Assembly (NCBI GenBank): GCA_047967505.1
Contig: CM106538.1
Source: Dipteris shenzhenensis
Lineage: Eukaryota
Length of the DNA stretch: 64,000 bases
Direction: 5' to 3' (one strand)
In this document: in pieces, positions 38,240 to 50,915 of the stretch
How the letters are laid out: each line of letters opens with the position of its first letter
Numbering within the stretch: position 1 is the first letter of the stretch
Position numbers and translations under genes: made by a program
The notes under the pieces: model-generated
What the model was told of the DNA's origin: nothing
Database searches by the model: none
The model's input: the letters and a program-made list of their open reading frames with translations, nothing else

Positions 38240-38496
38240 TGTTGAGAGTTCACGCTCAACATCATGTGATCATGTGTGCATAGCACCATCACGTGATCAT
38301 ATGTGCATAGCACTAACCTTATAGAGTGCTATAAAGGAAAGGGTTAGATCCCCTAACCCTAACCCTAAAAGGGTTTGTATATATTCTATTTTTTCAACTA
38401 ATTCTAGTGTACAGTTAGTCATTTGTGGTGTGCTCTCTAGCTGTGCCCTCTCTCCTCATCTCCACTCTTCTCCTCTCCCCTCTTCATATTTTGTCA
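38240..38496 (+). repeat. 3' LTR (257 bp)
   Basis: Preceded by the PPT and followed by TSD GGCAT. Confidence 0.97.
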
Positions 38497-40430
38497 GGCA
38501 TCCCATTCATAGCCTTCATGTAGCTATGATTGAGAATGTAAACTACCTTGTTACATGCTTCAGCTCAGAAAGTCTTTGGCAAATCTTTCCCTTTCATCAT
38601 ACTCCGGCCCATTTCGCAAATGATGCGGATCTTGCATTCTGCGACTCCATTTTGTTGTGATGTATGTAGCAAGGGTTTCTGCCTCTTGATCCCATGACTT
38701 TTGTAGTATCTTTTGAATTTAGATAATGTGAACTCTCCACCTCTGTCTGATCTCAATTTCTTCACCTTCCTCCATGATTCTTTCTCGACCATTACATGCC
38801 ATTCTTTGAACTTACTAAAAGCCTCATCTTTAGTCTTCTGGAAGTATATCCATATCCTTCTACTGTAGTCATCGATCAGCATCATGAAGTAGTAGGAACC
38901 ACCCAAAGCTTCCATCTCCATCTTTTTGCAGAGGTCCATGTGAACGAGCTCTAGAGGAGCCTTTGCCCTGCTGGCCTCTTTAGGAAAGGGCTGCCGATGC
39001 TACTTGCCCATCATGCAAGCTTCACATACATCGGGCAGATCTGAAATTTCTGCTAGGTCTGCAATCATTCCACTTTTATGCATCTCCTTCAAAGAACTAA
39101 GGTTTAGATGACCAAACCTCTCATGCCATAGCTTAATGTTCTTCACATCGGCTCGAGCACTAAAAACTGAGAGTTCATAGATGTTGTTGCGCCGTGTACC
39201 TTTACCAATGACCTTCCCTTGAAGATCCAAGATCTGTGCACCAGTCTTATCGAATTGAACTTTGAGGTCCCAATCCGTCCCAATCCGTGATTGCAAAAAT
39301 GGACAACAAGTTCCTCTTGATATTTGGCACATAAAGAACATCGGACAACTGTTTTACAACTCCATCTGACTTGAGAGCAATCGTACCTTTTCCTTTTGTT
39401 GGACATTTTGCATCATTGCCAACTGCTACCAGGATGTCATTCCCTACCGACTCTAGAGAGGTATACCAATCCTTCTGAGTAGTCATGTGGCGCAATGCAC
39501 CACTGTCAATGATCCAAGGTTCATCCGTAGGTAGATGAAGTACCTCCGTGAAAATCTCCTCAATTGCGACGAACAGCTCTATTGGTACTGCTTGCATGCT
39601 GTTGCTGGACTCTTTCTTCACTTGGTTCTTCTCATCTGCAATCTTCTTGTGGCACTCATTCTGCTTGTGCCCTACCTTGTTGCAATAGAAGCACTTGATC
39701 TTCTTCTTTCTCTTTTTATCATCAGAAGAAGATGGGTTACCAGAGTCCTTACCCTTACCTTTCTTTGATCCAGTCTAGAAAGCCGAATCTTCTCCAATCC
39801 TTGTCTTTTGACGCATCTCCTCCTCCAGAAGCATCGCACTGAAATCCTCAAAGTTGAGGGGCGGATTTCTGTTCTATGTATTCAGCGCCGTAACAAGACC
39901 ATCATACTTTGCTGGGAGAATCCATATGCACCTTTGTGCTAGATTCTTGCTAGTGATGGTGATGCTAATCGTAGTCATCTGATTACGCAGATTCTTCACC
40001 CTGGTGATGAACTTCTCTGTTGCTTCAGACTCAAACAATTTTTTGCTCGCGAGTTGAGTCTCCAGATTCTGAATACGCGTCTGATTCGTGGTCTCGTACT
40101 GATTTTTCAAGACCGTTTATGCCTCCTCCGCTTTGGTGACATGTTGAATTAACGCCATGATGGAATCACTTACACTGCAGACAATAGAACACAGTGCATC
40201 TGCATTTCTTCTTGTCCACGTGAGAATCTCATCTACAGTTGGTACTATCTGTTGTCCTACATTGGCTGGATCCGGGCAACCGGCCTCACGTCCACCCCAG
40301 TAGTAGTGTCCCAAAGCTCATACATGCTTAGGATGGTCTTCATCTTGAACTTCCAGAGTGGATAGTTAGAGCCGTCCAACTTTTTGCTTTCACCGAACAG
40401 TGGGATTCGCAGTCTTGCGGGGTGGGCCAT
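38497..40430 (-). pseudogene. copia gag, protease and integrase N-terminal part of the 28391-41224 element
   Basis: KLDGSNYPLWKFK, WIIDSGALRHM, LWHERFGHLN, CEACMMGK, LRSDRGGEF, QQNGVAE. Confidence 0.95.
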
Positions 40431-40500
40431 CTCTCACAATCTGCTTGCAAATAGAAACACACTACCAAATCTTATTGCTAGAGTCCAGGCTCTGATACCA

Positions 40501-41224
40501 TGTAAGAAAACAATACAATGTCTGTGCTCAACAGATACCAGGATCTCGTACGCAAGAGAGAAAACCAGATAGTATGGAGAATAAAAAATTTGATTACTAT
40601 AGATCTGATACAATAGATGGCGTTGCCTCCCAACCGTGCACTCCTGTGAAAGAAGCTTCGATGGCGAGCTGGAAACAATAGAGGATGGAGGCTGGATGCT
40701 AAGGAATCAGGGTTGCTGTAGCCAGTGATGAAATGGGCTTCACGTGCTCACTCTTATATAGCCACTAGTCGTAGTCGATTGGACTCAATTGGGTGACCGA
40801 CCAAGTTTGCCCGCCAAAAAGGTTGATTGGGCGTCGGTCTCGAAATAGGCCACCAACCACATGATAGAACTATGGTGTAAAATAGACCATCTAACCTATA
40901 GTCTTCGTTTGGCCCATAGCCATCCGGGATCAACTAGGATTCCAAACAGGCCCTGCAACCCGAGAGTGGCTGCCCCAGGAAATGCTCTGTCTACCCTCAG
41001 CGCAGTTAGTCATGGGATGCCTTCCCGCACTTGCATGTAGCCTTGTTGGCAGTGTGCCAACTCCGTCCAGCCATCATGCCACACATGGCCCCCATCTGGT
41101 GTCCAAACCAAGACCTACCGGATAACTGAGCTACTCAAATGCCTTCTCCTCATATGGGGGGCTTACAAGTAGAGTTAGCTGGTTCCCGCGGAGTTACATG
41201 AGAGTGGAGCATTGATATCTAACA
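40501..41224 (-). repeat. 5' LTR (724 bp)
   Basis: Adjacent to the PBS; followed by TSD TGGAT. Confidence 0.95.
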
Positions 41225-41822
41225 TGGATCACACTAAATCATGTCTCTATTGTTTATAATTCTTTTTCAATTGAGGAGCACAGGCTATGAGATGGAGACA
41301 TTCAAAGAAATGATAGGAAAATTTGGGGATCAACATAAAGGATTACAAGTAGGAAAGTACAAAATTGTTTGAGAAAATTGCAAACAAAAGAGAAAAGTAT
41401 GCAAGGGACTGAGGGCTATTTGAGGATTGTTGCTGATTATATTGATATTTTCTTGTCACCATATATAAACTTAAAGGAGTGTGTAGTGCTTGCAGCCAAG
41501 GTAGTTTTCTTCTTCAAAATATGGAGGCTATGGATTCATCACCATACAACCTACACCTTGAACAAATATTCCATCAATAAACAAGCTTATATGGATTGCA
41601 TACTTTCTTGTCACTTTGTGGTATTTCTCATAAAGATGTTTCGAGATTGATATCCTAATCTCAAGTGTCCACTACATCTTATAGGTTTTGATGCTGTTGA
41701 AATCTATTTTAGTAAAATCATAGGCATCATTGGACAAGAAAGAGCATTTGATCTAGGAGATCTTCTACATAGCATCAGTAGCTTGAATAAAATTTCCATG
41801 CATGAGTGTGTTGAAAATGGTC
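41225..41822 (+). pseudogene. P-element-like transposase relic, 3' part, cut off by the gypsy fragment
   Basis: ITLNHV...EEHRL.DGDIQRNDRK...GTEGYLRIVADYIDIF...VFFFKIWRLW...AYMDCILSCHFVVFLIKMFRD.YP...LIGFDAVEIYFSKI; the last motif resembles the P-family D..E..FS catalytic-Glu motif. Confidence 0.55.
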
Positions 41823-42815
41823 TAACTTTCTCCAAGGCTCATAAAAAGCTTGTTAGCTAACAAGTGGTGCTTGAACTTCTTTACTGCATAGACCATGGCG
41901 AGACCTTCCCTCTCAATGGTAGTGTAGTTAACCTCGGCCTCATTTAGTTGGCGGCTCGCAAAGTATACCGGGCAATCTAAATTATGCTCCCTGGGTTGGG
42001 CTAACACACACCTGATGGCAAAGTTAGAGGCATCAATATAGACATGGAATATTAAATTCCAATCGGGTGACCTCAACACTGGTGTGGGGGCTAGTACTAG
42101 TTTGAGGGTTTCAAAGGGTGTTTGGCATTCTTTGGTCCACTTAAAGGATACTAGCAGTTAGTATAATGGGATGGCTATGTTCGCATAGAACAAGATAAAT
42201 CTCCAGTCATAACCCATGTGGCCAGTAAATCGTTGGAGTCCCTTGGCATTGGTTGGGGGTGGTAACTCCAAAATGAGTTTGATTTTATTATGGTCCATAG
42301 AGATTCCATGCTGGGACACTATGTGGCCCAGGATGACACCATGTTTGACCCAAAATCGGCACTTAAGGGGGTTGAGGGATATGTGGTATAAGAGGCACTT
42401 CTCGATGACGAGCCTGAGATACTTCAGGTGGTCATCCCATTTCAAGTTTACCCAGATGTCATCCAAGAAGACTTCCACAAAGTCCCTCAGATATCTTGAA
42501 TACCATAATCATCATCCGTTGGAAGGTAGCATGGGCATTGGTTAATCCAAATATCATCACCCTGGTTGCATATACACCCCTTTTGATTGCGAAGGCAGTC
42601 TCATGTTGATCTTGTGGGGCAATCGACACTTGGTTGTAACCTGAAAATCCGTTTAGGAAGCTATATGCTTCCTTTCTGGCTACCCTTTTCTAGAACATGT
42701 TTCGTGAATGGCAAGGGGTAGTCATCTCATGGTAGCATTAACCTTTTTCAAATCCATACATACTCTAATTTTTCCATTTTTATTTAGGACTATCACAATG
42801 GGTGATACCAGTCCA
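41822..42815 (-). pseudogene. Ty3/gypsy RT-RNase H fragment (non-chromovirus-like)
   Basis: FSGYNQVSIAPQDQHETAF, EVFLDD, LNPLKC, LGHIVS, HVYIDASNFAI, YFASRQLNEAEVNYTTIEREGLAMVYAVKKF. Confidence 0.92.
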
Positions 42816-42844
42816 CCTTGCACGTTACCTATAATCTTTTGGCT

Positions 42845-43135
42845 CGGGATATTTGGGGATCAAACTTCCTTAGTTTGAGCTATACCCCTTTCATGGCTAT
42901 TTTCATTGGCGTGGTTATTTTCATGGACGTAGACCTGAAATGTGCATGTTGCTTGCACTCCTTGGTCTTGGTGTCAGAGGTGGAACACACAACCTGTCTG
43001 GAATCCTTGAATCCTTGGACTTTGGATATTTGGGGATCAAACTCCTTGAGTTCGAGCTATATTCCTTCTGTGTGCACATTTCTTGTAATCACTGGCCTTG
43101 GGGTATTTGGGAATCAAACTCCCTGAGCTTGTTCA
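42845..43135. repeat. Three dispersed copies of a ~30-bp motif GGATATTTGGGGATCAAACTCCTTGAG
   Basis: Copies at about 42847, 43024 and 43100. Confidence 0.75.
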
Positions 43136-43344
43136 TTGAAGTAGATCATGTGGCCTAGTCACCTTTACTCATTGATTACCCTGCATTTGGCGGTTGTACT
43201 ATGTGGATGTTAACATAGGTATATCACCTCTCAACTTAAACTCAACTCATGTAACAGACTTCAGTAAATCAAATCACAAAAAATCTAGTTATTGTGTGAC
43301 ACTGAGTGCGTAACACCGACTAACCGTTTCTTCACATCTAACAC

Positions 43345-44020
43345 TAGGCTTCAGTTGCAACACACAACTATCAAGGGATAGTTGAGTGCTAGACTAAGTG
43401 TCTATGAGAACATCGCATGATATCAAACTTAGACTGCATCACACAACTCTCAAGAGAGAGATGAGTTCCATAATAAGTGTCTATGAAAACATCTCTAAAC
43501 TTAGACTGCATCACACAACTCTCAAGAGAGAGATGAGTGCCAGAATAAGCATCTATGAAAACATCGCTAAGCTTAGACTACATTACACATCTCTCATAAG
43601 AGAGATGAGTGCTAGCCTCATATTTAAAAAAAATCTTTATATAGAAACTGAAATTGCAATGCACAACTCCCGCAGGAGAGATGATTTCCAGTCTCAAACA
43701 TAAATCAAACAAACAATTAATAAGTAAAAAAAGACTATGGTACACAACTCTCGCAAGAGAGATTAGTGCCAGTCTAATACACAATATAAAAGAAATATTA
43801 ATTAATAAAAAAAGACTGCAGCACACAACTCTCGCAAGAGAGATTAGTGCCAATCTAAAACACAATACAAAACAAACAGTAATTAATAAAAAAAGACTGC
43901 AGAACACAAATCTCACAAGAGAGATGAGTGCCAGTGTAAAACATGAAACAAAAAAAACATTAAATTAATAAAAAAATATTGCAACACACAACTCTCGCAA
44001 GAGAGATGAGTGCTAGTCTT
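43345..44020. repeat. Minisatellite of about nine 72-83-bp units with a conserved hairpin core
   Basis: Core GACTGCA(G/T)CACACAACTCTC(GCAA/AAGA)GAGAGAT(G/T)AGTGCCAGTC separated by A-rich linkers. Confidence 0.9.
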
Positions 44021-44409
44021 AGACAAAAGAGAAGAAGCTACCTATGAAGGGTGGGTGAGCTGGTAGGTAAGGTAATCTGGCAGGTACCATAAGCAAGTAG
44101 GAGGTAGGTAAGATTAGCAAGCAGGTAGCTGAGGTGGCAAGGAAGGCAGGCGGTAGCATTCGTACGTATACAAAAAATGAGAGTGGGTCTTCTTATATAC
44201 TACGTTGATTCGCATAAATAAATAGTAGTTAATTGTATGAATAAAGTTATTCGTACGAAATACTAAGCTATTCAAACGAATTGAATGGGAAAAAATGATT
44301 TAAGCGTTTTAAATTGCAAAAACCATGAATTCATGTGTTTTTTAAAGGAAAAAAATGGGTGAATTACTGCAACTTAGATCTTACATATTTACAACGTGAC
44401 TGGCTTGGG

Positions 44410-46690
44410 ATTTTCTTTCACACTGTATATACCAAGGGATCCATTTGTAATAGATTTGGCCAACCCAAGTGGGTGTAGAACAAAATGTGAAAAATGGCCT
44501 CATAAATGATGGTATTGAGCTTGTCACAAGGCCACATGTTCATTGTATCATTGCTGCTAGACTAATACAACCATAAACAATCTATTTTCACACTTTTTGT
44601 ATCAAGAGAGCCTTTTCTTTAAAATTTCTCCAACTCAAGTAGGCGAAGGGCCCTAAGTCGACAAGGAATGTAAAAGTCACTCATACTTGATGGTGTCGAT
44701 CTTGTGGGAAGTCCAAGTTCCCATTTCTTGGATAAGTTATAACTCTATCATAAACACTCTTTTTGTACTTTGTGCATACCTTGGAGCCATTTTTCACTAA
44801 TTTGGCCAACCTTAGTTGGTAAAGGTCCTTAAGTCACAAAATGGGTAGAAAAGGCTCTCAAAATTGAGGGTATTGATCTTGTAGCAAGGATACGTGAGCA
44901 TCGAACCCCATATTTATTCTATCACAAATGGTATTTTCCCATACTTTCTATACCAAGGTCCCATTTTCGCTTATTTGGGCAATCAGATTGAGTATAGGGA
45001 TCAAGTTTGGAAATGAGTGCAAAAGGCCTTCATAGTAAATGGGATAGGGCTTGTGGAAATTCAAGTGATCATTGGATCTACCTTGATCTCCCCTTGATTG
45101 ATGAAACCCATTATTTGTGATCCTCATTTACACTTCATATACCAAGGGAGCCATTTTTCATAAAATTGGCCTTCTCAATGATTTGGAAAACCTAAGTGGG
45201 TACCGAGGGCTTGAGATAGGAAACAAATATGAAAGGAATTTTCAATTGGCAGGATTGAGATTGTGGAAAGATAAAATAAGGATTGTGTTTACTTCCTTGG
45301 GAAATTACACCATAAATAGTCAATTTTCACATTCAAGCTATATGAATGGAGCGACCATAAATAGTAGAATTTCACACTTTTTATACCAAGGGAGTCATTT
45401 TTTACTAATTTGTGTAACAGAAGTAGGTAAAGGCATTAAGGAAGGAATGAGAAAAAATATCTTTCAACATTTTCTCTACAAAGGATCCATTTGTAACAAG
45501 GCCACATGGGAATTGTATTCCTCTAAGTTTGCTTTCTTGGTTCCAACATGGATGTTTTTCACACTTTCTATACCAAGGGATCCAATTTTTATTGATTTAG
45601 TCAATGTGAATGGGTCAAGGTTCTTGAGTCCAGCAAAGAATACACAAAGCCTTGAGTCTAGCAAAGACTGCACAAGGCCCTTAAATTTTACGGTATGGAT
45701 GAGCATTGGGCTCTAACAAATTCCACCAGAAGGGCCATTTTTCACTTTGTCTGTGGCAAGGAATACTTTTTTGTTTATTGGGAGACATGTCTATAGCAAC
45801 AGAGATGTTTTTCACTAATTTGGCTAAGGCAAATGCATAAAATTCCTTGATGGGATAGAGCTTGTGGAAAGGGAAAGCGAGTTGGATCCCCCTTTCTTGA
45901 CTAATTCCACCATAGAATGGTGTTTTTTCAAACTTTTTATAATGGGAGCCATTTTCCATTATTTGGCCGACCAAGTGCGTAAACATCCTCAAGTCCATCA
46001 GAGTATCCATAAGGACATCTAAGTTTATGTTATTGAGATTGTGGTATGACCAAATGAGCATTAGATCAGTCTTGCTTGATTGATTCCACCATAAACTCTA
46101 TGATTCATACTTTCTATACTATGTTGGGATCCATTTCTCATTTGTTTGCTTAGGTAGAAACGGACTCAAGTTAGGCAAGATGTATGCAAGTTTCTAATAC
46201 TTGATTAGATGAACTTTTAACTAGAACATGGGAGAATTGGATCTCCATTGCTTTCCCATTCCTTCTTCTTACACTTTCTATATGAATGGAGCCTTTTTTG
46301 CCTAATTTGGCTAAAGTGAGTGTCTAAAGGGACTCAAGTTAGGAAATGAGTGAAAATTTCACTAAAAAATGGTATTGATATTGTGCACAGCCACTCGAGC
46401 ATTTGATTGGATTTGTTTGACTACTTCTATAACAAAAAGTCAATTTTCACACTTTTTACGCCAAGGGAGTCATTTTTTAAACTTTGATTGGATTTGTTTT
46501 CCTACTTCTGCAACAAATAACACCTTAATTGGATTTGTTTGACTATTTTTACAACAAGTGAGTACAAGCATTTGTGAGCACTACCTTCAAATTGGTTCTA
46601 TCAAAGGAAAACAATTGTAAAGATGATCGAATCATTAATTTGTAGCACCAATGATGGAAGCCCATGCATAGGAAAGTCCAAATTATGTGC

Positions 46691-46756
<66 letters not shown>

Positions 46757-47099
46757 AACCAAAATGGAAGGGGGTATTGATATTGTGCACAGCCACTCGA
46801 GCATTTGATTGGATTTGTTTGACTACTTCTATAACAAAAAGTCAATTTTCACACTTTTTACGCCAAGGGAGTCATTTTTTAAACTTTGATTGGATTTGTT
46901 TTCCTACTTCTACAACAAATAACACCTTACTTGGATTTGTTTGACTATTTCTACAACAAGTGAGTACAAGCTTTTGTGAGCACTACCTTCAAATTGGTTC
47001 TGTCAAAGGAAAACAATTGTAAAGATGATCGAATCATTAATTCGTAGCACCAATGATGGAAGCCCATGCATAGGAAAGTCCTTATGATGTGCAAATTTT

Positions 47100-47152
<53 letters not shown>

Positions 47153-47153
47153 T

Positions 47154-47200
<47 letters not shown>

Positions 47201-47620
47201 AACCAAAATGGAAGGGGGACACTTGGCAAGAAAGTGTGTGGGACACTTTTTAACAAAAGTGTAACTATAGCATTGCCTTGAAGGCAGTGCTAACAAACAA
47301 CCAATTTTCACCCTTTTTATACCAAGTGATTCATTCTTCAATGATTTGGCCAACTAGATGGGTAAATGGCCTTGAACAAGGAAATGAGTGGCAAGACATC
47401 ATAACTGATGCTGAGCCATATTTCATTGATTTGGAAAAACCAAGTCTGTTGAGGGACTAGACCAATGAAATAAGTTTTTAAGGTCTTCCTTCTTGATGGG
47501 TTTGATATTGTAGAAAGGCAACATGATCATTATATTCCCCTTCTCCATCATTGATTTAATTTTTTCACCATAAATTACATTTTTCCACACTTTCTATAGC
47601 ACATGACCCATTTCATGGAA
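44410..47620. repeat. Highly degenerate satellite-like array, period roughly 165-190 bp
   Basis: Recurrent TTTTCACACTTT(C/T)TATACCAAGGGAGCCATTTT near 44415, 44585, 44765, 44935, 45130, 45370, 45555, 45740, 45925, 46105, 46270, 46445, 47305 and 47580. Confidence 0.75.
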
Positions 47621-49910
47621 CATTACCCCATGCTATCAAAAGAAAGTATGTGTGATTACGTATGACTGAATCTTTATTAAGCAATGGGTTTATGATTTAT
47701 CCAAATTTCACATGTTGAGTTAAAGAGTTGCTAACAAGGGTTATATTCATGTGCACTTCTAGTCATACACATGTAGCCCTAGTTATAACATAAGGTATTA
47801 GAGCACAAAGGATATTGTGCCTATGTTTGTATTTTAACTCTTCTATTGAGTTGTAGACGATGCTGGGAGATAGGTGGCCGAGATGGCGTGAGAAGAAGCA
47901 AACTTTTTTTCTTCTCCCACATTGTGGGAAGGGGTTGGCATCAATGGGGTTAGAGGATTTGTAACTTGGGTCTTCTAGGAGAAGTTTATTCTCTTCCTAC
48001 TTTCCCCTCGCTCTCCTATTTGCCCATTTGATTTATGGGTAGCCTTTCCAAGGGACACTTGAGTAAGAAGACCCTTCGATTCTTTGATTCTGACTTTGAC
48101 CTGGATTGACATAGATGATTTTTCTCAACTTCAACCATTGTGTATTGCATATGGCCATAGAGCCTTACTTTGATCAAATTGTCGTGTCTAGTGAAGACCC
48201 CCACATCTTTTGTGGCTTTGTACATTGCATCAAGCCACAAGCCTCAAGTCGCCTCAAGTAGCTTAACTACTTCTTGCTCCATAACGTTCCTGCCTATAGT
48301 TCTAGGCTGTACCGCCCTTTTCAAGTCATAAGCCTTGATGATTAGAAGGTTATCTCTATTTTCTATAGCTTTTTCTTTCCCTTGTCGTGAGTAACATGCA
48401 TCATAGCTTCTTCATTCCACAAAGCCATGTGCAAATACATTTGCGAAAGACACAATTCTAAGATCTACTCCTTAGTGAGTGAATCTATTTTATTTTTTCC
48501 CATTCGAGATGGATTACTCCATGTCCTTAAATGCTGGATCAGAATGGTTTTAAATGCATAAGTTCCATCAAGGCTACACTTTTTATAAGCTCATGTAGTT
48601 TTGGCAAAAGTAACGACATCCATCCTTAAAGCATGAGTGCAATGTCTTCATAGAAAGGACAAATGGAGCATAGAAACAACAAAGTATTCATTAGAAGACC
48701 AAAATTCATAAGCCTTAGATAACATGGAGCATATATGATCAACAATTCCATTTGATTTGATTTTGGATAGGTCATTTGAACCTACTCAAGAATAGCTTCA
48801 ATTTTGATTCAAATCACTACTTAAATTGGGTATAATAGTGAGTTGAACCTGAAACATGTTGTGGAGGTAGCTCTATTGGGTCATTGTTTCCTTGGGTGTA
48901 GCCTTTTTTGATGAGGTTCATGGACTTTTTTGTATATAGGTATCTTGCATGACCCATAACTTATGCTTTGCTCAATGGAATTCAGCAAACTTTGTCTTCA
49001 AGTTGTAATACACATTCCAAACATGAACATGAAAGCAAAAAATTATGTAATAAGGATTTGGAACAAGACCGTAAAAGAATTACAAGTGCTATGTTTCATG
49101 TGAAGCATGCATCCTGAAGACTATAGGATATAATAATTTATTCAAAAACCTCAAAATTTTGTTCTATAGATACATACAACCAAGTAATCATTCAAAAGTA
49201 CACTACGTGAGCTTCTCCTCAACCCAAGGATGCACCTAAATGAGATCATTATGGATGGGTTAATGGGGCCTCCAATGTTGTGCTAAAGTGATGCATAGCC
49301 ATTTGAGGGCATGCTCCATAACTTTTTTTTGATTTGTTGAAAACCAAAACGGATTGAAAACTTGGAATCCAAACTATTGGGACAAGTGCATGGTGGTCTT
49401 AAAACGTTGATAGTTGATGGTATTGGTGTCTAGATTCACCGTAAAATGGAAGAAGCTGGAAAGTGCAATTTGTGCATGTGCAAATATATTTTAATAAATC
49501 CAACACTATTTACAATTTTGAATTGTTTCTTTTTCCATGCACTTACTTGCTATATGGCTCATAAGCATGCCAAAGGTCATTGCATTTAGTAATACACAAC
49601 ATCAAACACGATGGTGTGCCCTTTGGCCTATTTGTGTTTTGAAGCATTTTAGGGCACATTGCACTTCTTTGGGATATCGAAGTCTGCTGACATGTATCAC
49701 CAGAGGGGGAAAAACGAACGGCTTAAATTTTGCTACCCCCGTGAATTTTGAATTTTCACACCTCCCACCCATCGAATCTTGGAAGATTAAGTACCTGCAA
49801 CTTGCCCCTGCCCTGAAATGCCCTACAACCCACATGCACCTCAACATGACCTTGCATAGACTTTGGTTTGCCATTGTCTTCTTTCGGGTGAGTTGTCTTC
49901 TAATCTTTGA

Positions 49911-50180
49911 TTGCCTTACCAAATAGCTTCTTCGAGTCTAATCAGGAATGTGGATCTTACCTTTACTAAAAGGCCAAAAGTGATTTGTCAATGCAGAGTA
50001 CAATATAGTTCAGAGCATAAGAAAAGGAGAGGTAGCCTAAGTGCAGAAGTCATTGCTATAGTGATGACGTTTTGGCATAAAAATACGAGAGTTTCTCCAA
50101 ATAGAAAAGACATCTATAAGAAGCGGACGAGATGCAAGGTGTTTGAGGAGCACATCATACACATGCTAAATATAATGCAG
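49911..50180 (+). pseudogene. Possible degraded DNA-transposase-associated exon; second copy at about 58155-58425
   Basis: FWHKNTRVSPNRKDIYKKR...EEHIIHMLNIMQ followed by a GTTAGT donor-like site; resemblance to transposase N-terminal regions is from memory only. Confidence 0.3.
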
Positions 50181-50269
50181 GTTAGTGGTGCATAGACTAG
50201 CTCGGTGCTTGTTTGTGATTGCGCTTTGGGATAGTTTACTTGTTTCAATTCTTAAACTAGGCTTGGACT

Positions 50270-50915
50270 AAATGCGATTGTCCTAAACCAGCCTAGTGGC
50301 TGGAACATCATGAACTGTAGGCTGGTTCAGCTCAATTGCTAGCTATGTGATTGTCCTAAACTAGCGCATGTGGTTGAACATACATTAGTTGTTATTCAGC
50401 CTGGTGGCATGGTCGAGCAAAAATTAATAGCAATATATTTCATAATATATTGTTATTTTACTAAACCAGCCCGGTGATTGGAACATCATGCAACTGTGGC
50501 TGCTTTGGCTCAATCACTAGTTATGTGATTGTCTTGAATGAGCATGGTTGAATAGACATTACTTATTGACCAGCTCTATGGTTGTAATTATTGTATTTCT
50601 TAGTACCTAAATTCATTAAATTTAATTTCCTACTATTCGAGTCATATACCATTGCTAAATTGTGAAATTCAGAAATGAAAAGCAATATATTGTTATTTTC
50701 TAATGGTGAAATTCAAAAATGAAAAGCAATATACTTGTTATTGTCTAATATGTGAAGTTGACTCTGTTAGGCTAAACTATCCCAGTGGTTGAAACGATGA
50801 TAGTGTCCTAAACCATCCCGGTGGTTGAAATTGTGAGTGACTGCTGTCCTAAACGTGTCCTAAACCAGACCGGTGATTGAAATTATGACTCTCCTAAACC
50901 AGCGCAGTGGTTGAA
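50270..50915. repeat. Degenerate short repeats TGTCCTAAACCAGCCCGGTGGTTGAA; also at about 58495-59155
   Basis: Many imperfect copies at irregular spacing. Confidence 0.75.

Larger units (their letters stand above)
31277..38496 (+). mobile_element. Very young full-length Ty1/copia element with short LTRs and a ~2.4-kb leader, nested in the integrase of the 28391-41224 element
   Basis: LTRs 31277-31532 and 38240-38496 (TGTTGA...TTGTCA) differ by one 1-bp indel by eye; TSD GGCAT; PBS TGGTATCAGAGC 31533-31544; PPT TTGAGGGAAGG 38229-38239. Confidence 0.98.
28391..41224 (-). mobile_element. Full-length degraded Ty1/copia element hosting a nested insertion
   Basis: LTRs 28391-29115 and 40501-41224 (TGTAAG...CTAACA); TSD TGGAT; PBS GCTCTGATACCA 40489-40500; PPT CCACCCCTCAA after 29115. 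Confidence 0.97.

Noticed and set aside
38351-38368. Interstitial telomere or chromosome-fusion scar
   Set aside because: Only three units, and they are an integral part of the LTR in every copy.
43345-44020. CRISPR array or hammerhead ribozyme array
   Set aside because: Linkers are related to each other, repeats are degenerate, no cas genes, eukaryotic context. No CTGATGA...GAAA hammerhead core on either strand.
44405-44424. hAT/P-type terminus (reverse strand CAGTGTGAAAG)
   Set aside because: It is a variant of the satellite box TTTCACACT.TATACCAAGGG; no partner end or TSD.
46549-47256. ORFs with LSLSLS/HTHTHT runs (also 55198-55510)
   Set aside because: Translations of (TG)n(GA)n microsatellites.
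48016-48240. Conserved small protein, since it recurs at 56245 and 62346
   Set aside because: Recurrence is due to the segmental repeat; the third copy is frameshifted and surrounding frames are full of stops.
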